The notes below the pieces were generated by a model that worked only from the letters and a program-made list of their open reading frames with translations, did no database searches and was not told the DNA's origin. DNA of 64,000 nucleotides, taken from positions 7,068,001 through 7,132,000 of the forward strand of contig OZ004607.1 in assembly GCA_963924565.1 (NCBI GenBank). The letters run 5' to 3'. How positions within the stretch are numbered: position 1 is the first letter of the stretch; each line of letters begins with the position of its first letter. This document shows positions 10,557 to 22,100 of the stretch, one piece after another. A program made the position numbers and the translations under genes. Source of the stretch: Ascidiella aspersa. Its lineage: Eukaryota.

Positions 10557-13500
10557 ATGCGCTTTCCCAGAAGGTCTCGCTTTTTGAGTTTGTGTGTTTT
10601 GCTAGCGTTTGGTTTCTTCGTCCTATACAACGTGGTGTTATCTCTACCCGTACAACGGATCCTTCGTAACACTATACCAACACGTAAGTGAAATAAGGTT
10701 GTGTTTAGGGTGTGTTTGGTTTAGGAATCGTAAGCTTCAGAAACGAGTGACTCGCTTAAGCTTAAGGCGAATCGTGTGATAGCTTATTTTACGGCGTTTT
10801 ATTGCTGCCGTTAAAGAGAAACAGACATAAGGCACTCTCCCGACCACGAAATGTAACCAGGAATAAATGTCACTCCCAAATACATTCGAAAACGGAGAAA
10901 ATGTCGGCTGAAAATTTCAACCGGACTTTTGTTCGCACAAATCCTTCGCAGCATGAACTCGTTTTAAATGTACAGATTGGCTATGGTGCGAATTTTTTCA
11001 TTATACCCACAAAAGCTGGCAAGCCGCGCGACTCGTCAAGTGATTTCCATTTGAGTCCAATGTAATGCTCATCGCTGAGAACGCACGGATAGCTAAACGA
11101 TTGCAAAGAGCAAATTTTGGTCAAACACACTTGCTTGGAGGTCTGTCATGCGTAAAGCTATCTTGATTTAAGAACAACTAATGGACATCGTTCACATAGG
11201 GCCTTGGGGCACACTTCGGACAGCGCAAAACACTTGGAAGCATCTACGGGTGGATGGCATCAACAGATAAAGTCTACAATAAAATTCTTTCTACTTTGAG
11301 CTGATTTTTAAAACTGTGTGATATTTTGTTTTAAAAACTCCACGAGTGTCGCAGTTGGCACCGGCGATTTACCACTTTCTAGAATTGTAATGGCGTTAGC
11401 GTTAATATTGTGCAACTGTTGAGCGCAATGCGATGTGCATTAAGCTGCAACAAATTAGTGAGCATAATTGACCATTCGCATTCAACCCAGCTTGACCAAA
11501 TTGATTTGAACCATAGTGCTATAGGGCTGTATTTGTTAATAAAAACGTAAAATTAAGGTGATTCCGTTTGATGTACTAACCGTTGTGCGAGATTAAATTG
11601 TTAAACCAAAGTACATTGTAAACATTTATTTTAGGGCATCTAATCGTATTTATTCGTAAGTTTGCACTTTAAGCGAAGACGTCAGCTGAAAATAAAATAT
11701 AAATTTGGAGTTTGGTTTCAACCTGTACGTTTAAAATACACATTTTTGGAGCATAATGGCTGGAGGTTGTGGTTAGACATAAAATGAATTGTAAAGCCCG
11801 TACTGAAGTAGCTATAGCGCTCTTTAAACGTTTCGAATATTTTGTTTTTGTTAGCTTGCAACGGACATATGAGGCAAGCATTTTTGCATGCAAGCTATTA
11901 ATTTGATCTTAAATGTTGCAATACAAATGTAAAACTTATTTAGGAGTATTTTAGTTCTTTGAGTCAGTACCACGTTACCGCCAAGCCCCATTAAATAACA
12001 CTAGCTCTAAATATTTCACACTTTCGTGCAAACCGCGCACATTTTTCCAGGCGAGAGTCGCGATTTAGCTTCCAAAGGCAATCCACCCAACAGCGACATC
12101 TCGCGGTTAAACAAAATCCGGACTTTAAAGCCTGAACCCGGTTCGGAACTGCACAGAGAGCGAGACCGAGGTCTGGTGGTGTACAATCGCGTGCCCAAGT
12201 GCGCCAGCACCACCGCGCGTCTTCTGCTGGCCGAAATGGCGCGACAGGACCCCGGCTCCTTCACTCTGCATGTCGAGAGCTGGCCGAAAATCCAGCAGAC
12301 CTTATCGCCGGAAGACCAGGTTTGTGTTTTCGCTGATTTTTTTCAATACGCGTTTTCAGACGAACTGAATTTGTAAATATGGAGATATATCCTCGCCCTC
12401 ACTAGTAAAGCACGACAATGACTTCGAATGGGCAAATATTCTTTAGACTTTCCTATCTTGGTAAAAGTCAGTTAATAATAAGTTCAAGTGATTCAAAAAA
12501 CGAAATATATTCATCATCATGAGTCACCTAATTCAAATTTGATTCCTTCGAATTAAGAGACAGATTCTTAGTATCGTTTTTGGCCCCTTTCTATATTGCA
12601 CCCATTTGCCAAACGACCGGCAACATTCTGATTAGGCTACACTAACAAAGTGGAACTGGTGTACTGATCGCATACTGCTATTATCTGTTAATTGTCAATG
12701 ATCTTTCAGTTTAAGCAAGCATTATAAATGGTCATTGGAGCTCATACTCTAACTTCTAAACATTTGCCAAACTAGATTTCGACATTTACCCCCTACCCAA
12801 ATATATAAGGCTACATTTGATAATGACTTTTTTTTCAAAAAACGATCAACCGAAATTCGGTTTTACTCAATATACGTGAAATGTCGTCACCATGCATTAT
12901 GAACAATATGGCTGTACAATACATATACACCTACGATAAATGACCTTTTCGCAAACTTTACGTTGCCAAGTTATGCTTTGGGGGTGACATTACTATTTTA
13001 TACCCACGCTTTGAATTTTCCTAGCATCTATCTATAGTCAGTAACTATATCTCAAGCTTTGTAATTAAATACATCGATTCTACCATCAATGTTGCTTTAT
13101 AATCGATGGTTAATTAATCAGTAATGAAAACATACCAAGTACTGTTTTTTCAGCAAAAACTGGTCGACAAATGGACTTCCTTGAAGAAGTCAGTGGTTGT
13201 TGTTAGGCATCTTCAGTACATCGACTTTACCAGGTAGGCGACTCTTTTACCGTATGTTAAACCACTATGGTAATGTGATATGGAAGTATAGGCCTACATC
13301 TCGTTTAAGTTTAACCAACTCTTATAGTTGCATTGGCAATTTGAGGTGTTTCAAGTACAAATAACAGCAGTTTTTCCGGTGCATGACATTTCCTGCTTAA
13401 TGCAACAACGGCACGTGATACATATGGTAACATCAACACAAACTTTACTGCGGTTCTTAAATGTGTAGACAAAGCGTTTTGATAAGCGATTTGACTTGTT

Positions 13501-15535
13501 TCCACTAAAAAAACTGTCAACTAAATTAATTGTGACTAAATATTTCAGTGTAATGCGAAATCCTGTGCTGTAGAATCAAGTTCCATTCAGCAATTTTAGG
13601 TTTTGTACTGTGCAGCTACGGATTTCCATCACCCCTCTACATTAACATCGTGCGGCATCCAGTGGATCATTTCGTTTCCAGCTACTATTTCAGAAGATTC
13701 GGCTTCGAAGGTTGGGATGATCACAAGTGGCTTAAGTGGCTGGGAAAAATGCCGGAAAATAAACGCTTTATGGTAGGCTGGACATATTTTTACATACAAT
13801 TTAAGGAGGCAATAAAAAATCAACGAAAAAACAGCTTTGAAATATAAACATTCTTGCCAAACAATTTAATTAAACTTTCTGAGATCCTTAACGTAATACA
13901 GTATTAAAACCAAAGCTGTAATGTTCTCTGGCTTGAAACGTATAAAGCGATATGAATCGCATATAGGCTACACTTTTCTAATTTTTGGTGCGAAACGATT
14001 TTGTTAAGAGTAGCCTCAGATACTAAAACTGTGAAGAGCAGTTGAGGATTGTTGCTGGAAGAATAAGACTTTTTTTAGGTTTTAAAAACTTGAACTATAA
14101 CTTGTTAAAACCCAAAAATTCTCCCAAAACTACTACATCACTGGAAAACTTTATACCATATTCAGATCAATTGCAATGTAAGTAGGCTAACCTTCAACTG
14201 ATGTTATTAATGTGCTCAGTACTTCACTTTTTTCTGATTTTAAGAATTCGATACGCTTGCTTGTAGAGTATTGACGACTGCATTGCGAGGAACGTGACTG
14301 AATGCGCGCGGCAAAACCCTGCTCACATGTTGGCCTTCTTTTGTGGACAACACGCAAGATGCAGGTCAACTACTTCGAGTTGTTCGGGTTTGGCAGATCG
14401 AAAAACATTGATTTAACTGTTAAAAATTGCTCTTCCCTATAGGCATGGCAGCGAATGGAGCTTGCTCGAAGCCAAACGTAATGTGGAAAAGGACTTTGTT
14501 GTTGTAGGATTGGCCGAAGACTTGCCCAACACTGTTCGACTTTTTCAAGCTTTGCTGCCGAGGTAATAAGCTGCTATTAGAAATCTTGTTAAAAGTAAAG
14601 TGGAAACGAATAAGTTTGGGTTTTGGGCAATATGTTATATGTTGAGTGCAAAATAGTTAGTCCCCTATAGCTTAGTGGTTCCCAAACTTTTATGGCTTGC
14701 GGCAGTCCTTACAATTAGTAAACCGATTGCGACACAACATATATTGTGGCTTATTCTCCTCTAATCTTACACGAAAAGTGATAACAGGATTCATAGTTAA
14801 GGAAAAATTAGATTCTCAAATATATTTTGGCACCCTTAAGCATTAAAGCTATCACCCCAGGCCGCCGCGACACCCCGGTTGGGAACCAATGCATTGTAGA
14901 ACATCCGTAAATAAGAAATCTTGAAAAAAGTAGATAAAAACTCCAAATTAGGAAAAACGGTTAAAAAATAAGTTCAGTTAGGTTATTTACATCTTGTAGG
15001 CTCCAGTGACATCAACGTTTAGATTTGCTAAACCCGCCATGAGAAAAGTAGAAAAAAATTGCGCCAGCTTCTTGTTATTTCATTTCAATTGTCACACAGA
15101 TGCAATTGGTAAAACTCCGAAAAAATTCGCCAACCGGAAAAAAATTGGGCGTTTTCACAGTTTTAAGCTGACTATATTTTTGCATTTTGTATACTTGCAC
15201 AGGTTCTTCGGGAATTTCGAAGCCGTTTATAATAAAGTCAAAGGTAAGTTCAATACCTAAAGTGCTTTATTTTTCAGAACTTTATTCGACAGAGATAGTT
15301 TAGCAAAACAGATTATTGGCAAAAATGTCTAGGATTAGTAGTTTCCTAACCCATTGTTTAAAGCTTGATATATTATCTTACAGATCGGCTTCCAAGCACT
15401 CGCACCGCTAGGAAAAAGCAGCCACGGGGAGGCGCCAGAAAGCAACTCCAGAAAGCCTTGTATTTCGAAATGCAATTTTACGAGTTTCTTAAGTCGAGGT
15501 TTGAAAAGCAGCTGGAATCGTTTGGAATAACGTGA
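10557..15535 (+). CDS. UST: Uronyl 2-O-sulfotransferase-like (UST/HS2ST family) Golgi type II membrane protein, 8 exons, 347 aa
   Basis: Exons 10557-10683, 12051-12319, 13154-13233, 13616-13772, 14267-14364, 14443-14562, 15203-15243, 15384-15535. All are GT-AG and in phase (1044 nt). N-terminal signal anchor MRFPRRSRFLSLCVLLAFGFFVLYNVV. 5'-PSB loop YNRVPKCASTT. Other motifs: RHLQYIDF, YINIVRHPVDHFVSSYYFRRFG, FFCGQHARC, EWSLLEAKRNVEKDFVVVG, EMQFYEFLKSRF. Orthology to UST versus a lineage-specific paralog is not established. Confidence 0.88.
14673..14891. mobile_element. hAT (Charlie/Buster-type) MITE, degenerate
   Basis: TIR-like ends tagtggttcccaaac ... gttgggaaccaatg; no clean TSD. Confidence 0.6.
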
Positions 15536-16995
15536 ATCGGGTAAACCAAGGATGGAAGAATCCGCACAGCGACAAGAGTGCTGAAGTGAAAACCTGTTCG
15601 ACTTACAGTATAATATGGAGAAACTAGAGAAGCGCCAAGATGCTACAAACAAAGGCTCCTTGCTTTAAGTATTGCGATTAAAAAGCTACTTCTGCAATTA
15701 GTCGAAGTTATATTAAAACCTAGAAGATCGGGCAGTCTTTGAAAGAAAATGCCTTGATTAATTCCTCGACTGATATTGACGCGACATTTACTTCAAACAG
15801 TGGGACAACTATGACCAGTGTCGGGCGATAGGGGTGGAGCGTCGTTTTATTCACCGTTTCAGCTGCATTAATCACGATCGAAACAACAACAGTGCAAAAA
15901 AGGTCCGCTATACACAATACAAAAGTGAACAAAAACGCGAGCGCTGAAACAGCAAGGGGTGCCTATACGCATGATTGTGGATTGGGGTTACTGTCTGCCA
16001 ACACTGCGTCAAACCTGATGACATCACAATTGTGTTGATGACGTCACAACTGTCGTACCGGGAAATACTTTTGATCACTGCGTGACAATACTTTATTGGT
16101 TTAGAAATACAAAAGCGCTAAATACACCGTTCTATGCCGATGTAGACGTTCACTGTGTCGTTTGTTCTAGCTGGTGTGCCACATTCAACATACAACATTT
16201 GCGCTTTAACCTTAAGCGGTAAGTTGAGTCGGATGTTCAATACTTAGGATGCAAAATCGAGCAAATAGCAAGCACGTTTTGTATATACTGGCAATGAATG
16301 GTGGATGTGATTATTATTCGATGTCGGTCGCACCAGATGTAAGATAAACAGAGAAAAAATGACGACGAAGCTAAACGACGTCGCATTCTTAATATGTATA
16401 AATCTTTGAATTCGATAGAGAAATACAATGATGTGATGCTTTTGCATAAGACAGTTCGCTTACTTTGACAAGCGATTGAAAAGCGCAGCACGATAAAAAC
16501 AAAAATAAATCCGAACGAAGTAGACTCTTGAATTCCATTAAGTGTCAGTTAACAAGTATATGAAATAAAATCTAATAAAACGTTGTCGATCTCGACTTAA
16601 AAATCCTATGGTACGAAATAAAATTATTAAAAAGAAAATATTTTAGCCCGGAATGATCAAAACGGTAAAAATGCGTAAATATTAAAAATTTCAAGGTCAA
16701 GCAGAACTATACGGAATGCAGCACGATTTGGAGCAAAACACCAACACATTCGGAAATTTTAAGAAACCCAGATAACTTTCAACGGGTTAAAAATGCTATG
16801 AAACAACACGGAAAAAAACAACTTTAAAACGATTATCTATGTACAAAAAATGCAGCGGAGAAATAAGCCATCTATACGAATGCGGACGTTTACCGATACG
16901 ATAAACAGTAAACCGTCGCGATCCTAAAATCTACAAGACAATAAAAAAACAAAAATAAACACAAGACATCATTTGTCAATTTCATTACCACACAT

Positions 16996-17219
16996 CAGGG
17001 TGGGCAAAAAGTAGGTTTACAGTTATTCCACAGCGTTGGCTAGGAAGAAAAGGTAGCATTGAATGGCCACCACGCTCATCTGGCCTGACACCAATGGATT
17101 TCTTTTATGGGGGGTGTTACAAGGAATAGGCTCCATGAGAAGAACCCCAAAACAATAAATTTACTTTAAGACCCAAACCCTACTTTTTATAACTCTAAGT
17201 CTACTTTTGGCCCACTCTG
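16996..17219 (+). mobile_element. Tc1/mariner non-autonomous deletion derivative
   Basis: TIRs cagggtgggcaaaaagtagg ... ctacttttggcccactctg followed by TA. An internal remnant translates as WPPRSSGLTPMDFFLWGVL, matching the WPPRSPDLxPxDFFLWG transposase motif. Confidence 0.75.
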
Positions 17220-17400
17220 TATACTCGCAAAGCGTTTAAAATTTAAAGTTTTACACGTTATTCAGAAAGTAAAAAAAAGCAGACCAAAAAAAACAACGAG
17301 CTTCTCCCGGCACGGCGCCGGCTCCTCTCAGCCGTGACGTCACTCTTTCCCGTCCTGATGACGTCATCCTCAGCGTGCAGACAACGGAGGCCTGATCAGA

Positions 17401-17559
17401 TCAGACTAACGACGGTTCGATGGCCTTGTTTTGCGCCTGGAACGCCACCGCTCTTGCTGCTGACCCCGCTTCGGCAGCTAATGCAGCCGCTAAGTGGACA
17501 CTCGGTCGTGACGCTTGTTGCCTGCGTGTGTTAAGCATGTTCAGTATATATTGAACCTT
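17401..17559 (-). CDS. Probable alternative terminal coding exon of the PLEKHA gene
   Basis: Acceptor ccctcag, then an open frame KVQYILNML...HLAAALAAEAGSAARAVAFQAQNKAIEPSLV*. It resembles the Ala-rich C-terminal helix of PLEKHA6/7. It needs a phase 2->0 linker exon (candidate 18053-18077). Confidence 0.6.
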   Translation of the reverse strand, partial: KVQYILNMLNTRRQQASRPSVHLAAALAAEAGSAARAVAFQAQNKAIEPSLV

Positions 17560-19150
17560 CTGAGGGATGAAAAGTAGAAAGAACTGTGGCTAAGCTATCA
17601 AGGCCGGAAGTCTGTTTAAGAGAAAGTTTAATTCATGATTCGGTACAATAGCGATTTTTCTAGGCTGTGACGCTAGTTGCCTGCGTGTGTTAAGTGTGCC
17701 TTGATACAACTTTGAAACTGTAGAATAATCACATTGACTTTACATGTGACATGAAAATGCACTTAAGGTTTATACAGAAGTAGGCATCATTTTGAACTTT
17801 TCGAATAAGTCTTTATTCAGTTTCAACATCAATTCGAAACGTTTCAATAATACCTATACTTTGTATGGTCTTAGATATTCTTATCACGTATTACTCCAAC
17901 CTCCAAACATTATGCTCCACATTTAAGGTTTGTTTTTGTGAAAAAAATAAAAAGCAAAGATGTGAAAAACGAATGGTTACGTCGTGAAGCGTCCGGATTG
18001 AATATAGTCAAGTTTAGCCCCGTTTGAATGTATGCGACAAAAATGTAGGTACATATTTTAAACCGTGTGAGAGGGGACTAGAAAGAAAGTAAAATTCACC
18101 GTAGCTAAGCTATCAATGTCTGAAGTCTTGCTCTTCACTTTGAGAGCAACTTTATTTAATGATTCGTTACAATACCTATATTGCTTTCAAGATCCTCTAT
18201 GTAATTAAACAAAAACGTGTTGGAAGTAACTAATAATAGATTTGGAACCGTGATTGAGTCCATGGTAACTTATTTATGCTCATTTGTTTAACAGCTGGAA
18301 TCATAACGTTATTATACATTGTTTAGGATTTTGTTGCTTGCCAAGGCCCGTTGTAAATAAAACATTCTGTGAAACGTGCAAAATGACCAGGCAGATTGAA
18401 ATACGATTAGCACCACAAATGATTGGCGACAGAGCAACATACCAAACCAGGCCCGGCTATTGAATAACAGATATCAAGTGAAATCACAATTCGATTGAAA
18501 CGCGTCATAGCACAACTATATTACCATGAATCAGTAAAAGCTGATTGAAATCCAATCCGCGAACCAACCAAACTCCACACCCAGTAACCAAGTGTCCCTA
18601 TAACTTCTATAACCCATTATGACTCATTTTTTACATTTCTTAGATAGTCAATTCGCTTTGATGCGCGGTCGTAATACTTCTTCGTCATTACAGGATTGCT
18701 ACGATCAGCTGCTCAAGATTCGAAAAAGGTTTTTCTGTCTCTTAGTAAATTTGTAATTTTTGCTATTTTTTTTTACAAAAGAGCAAAAGTTTACCGAAAT
18801 TAAAAAAATGAACTATTTTAACCAATTTTATTATTATGTAATATAAAAATGCGAGACCCCGTACCCTATGGTTGCAGTTTCGAAAGGTGATAAAACATGT
18901 ATTTTGCTGGTATTTTTTTTTTCAACTGAAAACAAAAAAAAAAAACAGAAAAAGGATTCGATCAAAAAAGCGACACGCGTTTTGACAGCCAGATTCACAT
19001 CTGTGCTAAAAAAAATACGGCGGGGAATATCTAACGCCCAAATTACAACGTTAGCCATGCACCAAAAAAGCAAAACAAACAACAAGAAGAAGAAAAATAA
19101 GCGCAAGACAAAAGCGACGTTCCACATTCGCATGCCAAGAGTCGTTGTTC

Positions 19151-22100
19151 TTACCCGGATCGCGCCAGCATCTCCTCAATGGCTCTGATCTTCCTCCTCT
19201 TGACGCGCTCCTGACGCGGATCGAGCACAACATCCTCGTACTCCACGTACCGGTCCGGGATCGCCACCTTGTCGGGGGTTATTAGCTGCGCATGCGCAAC
19301 AACGCGAAAACCGACGGTTAGAACGGGGGCTGTTTTGGTTTGTGGGGTGTTTTTTTGTTTAAGCGAGGGGAACTGTTTACAAATTTTGCTTGGGTTAGGG
19401 TTGGTTTGAACAAGAGATGCCTAAACTTGGGTCCATGAATCCCTTAGGGGTCCGTAAACTAGTTTTGGGGGTTCTTGAAGGCCTAATTGAAATATGAGTT
19501 TATATTTAAGAAGTAATCAATTTATCCAAGAAAACAGTTTAATTAAAAATAAAACGGTTTTGCACTGAATGCATTAAGACTCCATTCGCGTTAAAAAAAA
19601 AGTTTAAGAACCCCTGGTTTAAACGGAATTGGTGACTTTTTTATTTTAACAACTAAGAAGATATTACTTGAACTTCTACAAAGACATTCGCTAGGAATTG
19701 TTGTCGCCAGTTTTCGGGGCTCCCCTTTTTTTTCCCAAAGATGTTAATGGAGATGAGGAAAAAGTTCACTAGCAAATTTAAGTCAACTAAAATCAATCTT
19801 ATAAAAGGTGAGTTTTCTCGTAATTGAGGACTGTTAAATTTTTAAAATTAAAAAGATATTACTTGAACTTCTACCAAGACATTCGCCAGGAAATGTGATG
19901 TTATTTTTAATGGCTCGAAGCAAACTTATTTCATTTAATTGAGAAATATCATTATTAAAAAAAAGTGCAAATTGTTTTTTATTGTTCTTGAATTATTTGA
20001 TCATCATATGATTCCGTATCATAAGTTGTTGGTAAATCTACAAAACCGTTAAACGCTGATTTAAAAATCAGGATAAACAAGATAAGCCACCCAAAATCAG
20101 GATAAACAAGATAAGCCACCCAAATGTTTTTAAACAAAAGTGTTATTTTATTGTCTGGATAGTTGTCAAATACGCGCAATAGTTCGCCCACCTTTGAGTT
20201 TGTTCAATATATTAGTAAGAATATGTTTGTTTACTTGTTTAGTCAAATGCCAATTGCACCATCCACAGAGTTTTTTATTGTTATTTTGACAAACGTATGG
20301 CAGCTATTTGTTATTTACCGAAACACCAAGACACGTCATAAACCCAACTATGACGTTATCACCAACGAGCGGTTGACAAACAAAGTTAAGTTATAGTTAA
20401 CGTTAGACAGGCAACAAAGGCAACGATAGTCGTAGCCTTTCATCGTTATACGGACCGATCCATTGTTACGTCACCAACGCGGTTAATTGTTACGACACAC
20501 ATGCATTGACGGACTCGCGCGCCCCACCTGGTGGGTGACGTTGAGGTCGACTTCGAGTTCGACGGGTTCCAGGTCCTCTTCTCGATGCGGGGAAAATCCC
20601 CCGTCTTCCATTTCCTCGCCACCGTCGACGAAATCGTAGTGGCTGGGAGGGGAATCCCCGTCGTAGCCGAGCGGCGAAATGTCGAGGCCGTCGCGCTTGG
20701 GTGGTTTCTCCGTCTCGCTCCGGTGCATTTCGCGCTTGGCTCGCTGCAGAACCTGAAGGAGGCGTTTCGGCGGTGTTAATGTTTTGGTAATGCTGAGACA
20801 AAAGAAGGAAGTTTGCCAAATCTTTTATTAATGAGGACCGTGGCATTTTTGTGACCAACCAAGTAATTACAAGCTAAATGTGAAAAAAAATGTATTTTCC
20901 TGCAAAAACCTTGCCAAGAAAGCTTCAAAATGATTGACAAAACCGAATGATTTAAATCGTTTTATGAAAAGAACATTAGAAAACTTTTTTTTAGCACAGC
21001 ACGTTATTCTTATCGAAGCGATTGTTATGATAATTAAAATGTTATGGAAAAGGGTGATAACATTTTGTAACTTAGTGTTGCTTATAACAAAAAAAATATA
21101 GGGTCTCATTTTAAACAATATTTAGGAAATGGGCATACCTAGAGAGAAGACTAGTGGACATTTAAAATATTTCATTATGTATTTCTATGAAGTCTGTAAC
21201 TTGAATTAATCGATTGAAAAGAGAAGTTCTTAGTTTAAATCACCTTTGGCATTCGATGGTGCTTGATCGCCTGATGGTAGCAGAGAGCATGCGGAAAAAC
21301 ACAGGATTAAAATTTTAGTTTATTAGGAAATCACATACCCAATGTCACACGTGTAATTCATACATTAATGCTATTGCTACACTGATAGTATTAAAAATTT
21401 AAAATGACAGTTATTCTACGTTAGATCGGTTAAAAGAAGTTTGATGATTTAAATCGTAAGAAAATACGAGGGCATCATTTCAAGGTAGTGATCCCAGAAT
21501 TCTAGTAGAAATGCCGATTTACATTAACTCAAATAAAAAGGGCATATAAAAAATAGCAAACTTGTTGGCGAGTGATTGTTTTTCGCTTCAAAGTTGTTAA
21601 TTTTAAGTAAGTCAAACGATATTAAAAAAAAACAAGTTTTAAGACTTGCTTTAACAAGATACAGTGGCGCATTGTCCCTCAGAACCAGCTTATTCCAAAT
21701 GCGTCCATAGCGTTACTCCGTGGTTCACCATTTTCTTTGGATTGCCAATACAAGCCCTTAGCTAACACTACTTCATGTAAAAAGTTTTTTTGTGGTTGAT
21801 TTCGCTAAGAGATTAGCTTGCACTCCATGCAACGCTAAAGTAAACTATATCCACACACAACGATTGGCTCACCATTTGCACGTCGGTGCCAATCTGCTGG
21901 TCGGTGTGAAAATAACGGGGGCTCTGACGTCGGTTCATGTCGCTGGCGGTCAAAGTTCGGCGTCGGTTTCTGTTGAAATTAACGTATTTAAAAGGTTTTT
22001 AAACTGGGGTAGTTTCTAAAATTTATGGAAACCTATTTGAAATCATATAAAGTATAATTAAAAAATGGAATAACTGTTTCAAAATTGCTCCTAAATGTAT

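Noticed and set aside
11200-11270. Extra sulfotransferase exon in intron 1
   Set aside because: The frame hits a stop or gives an incompatible donor phase, and exons 1 and 2 already join in frame.
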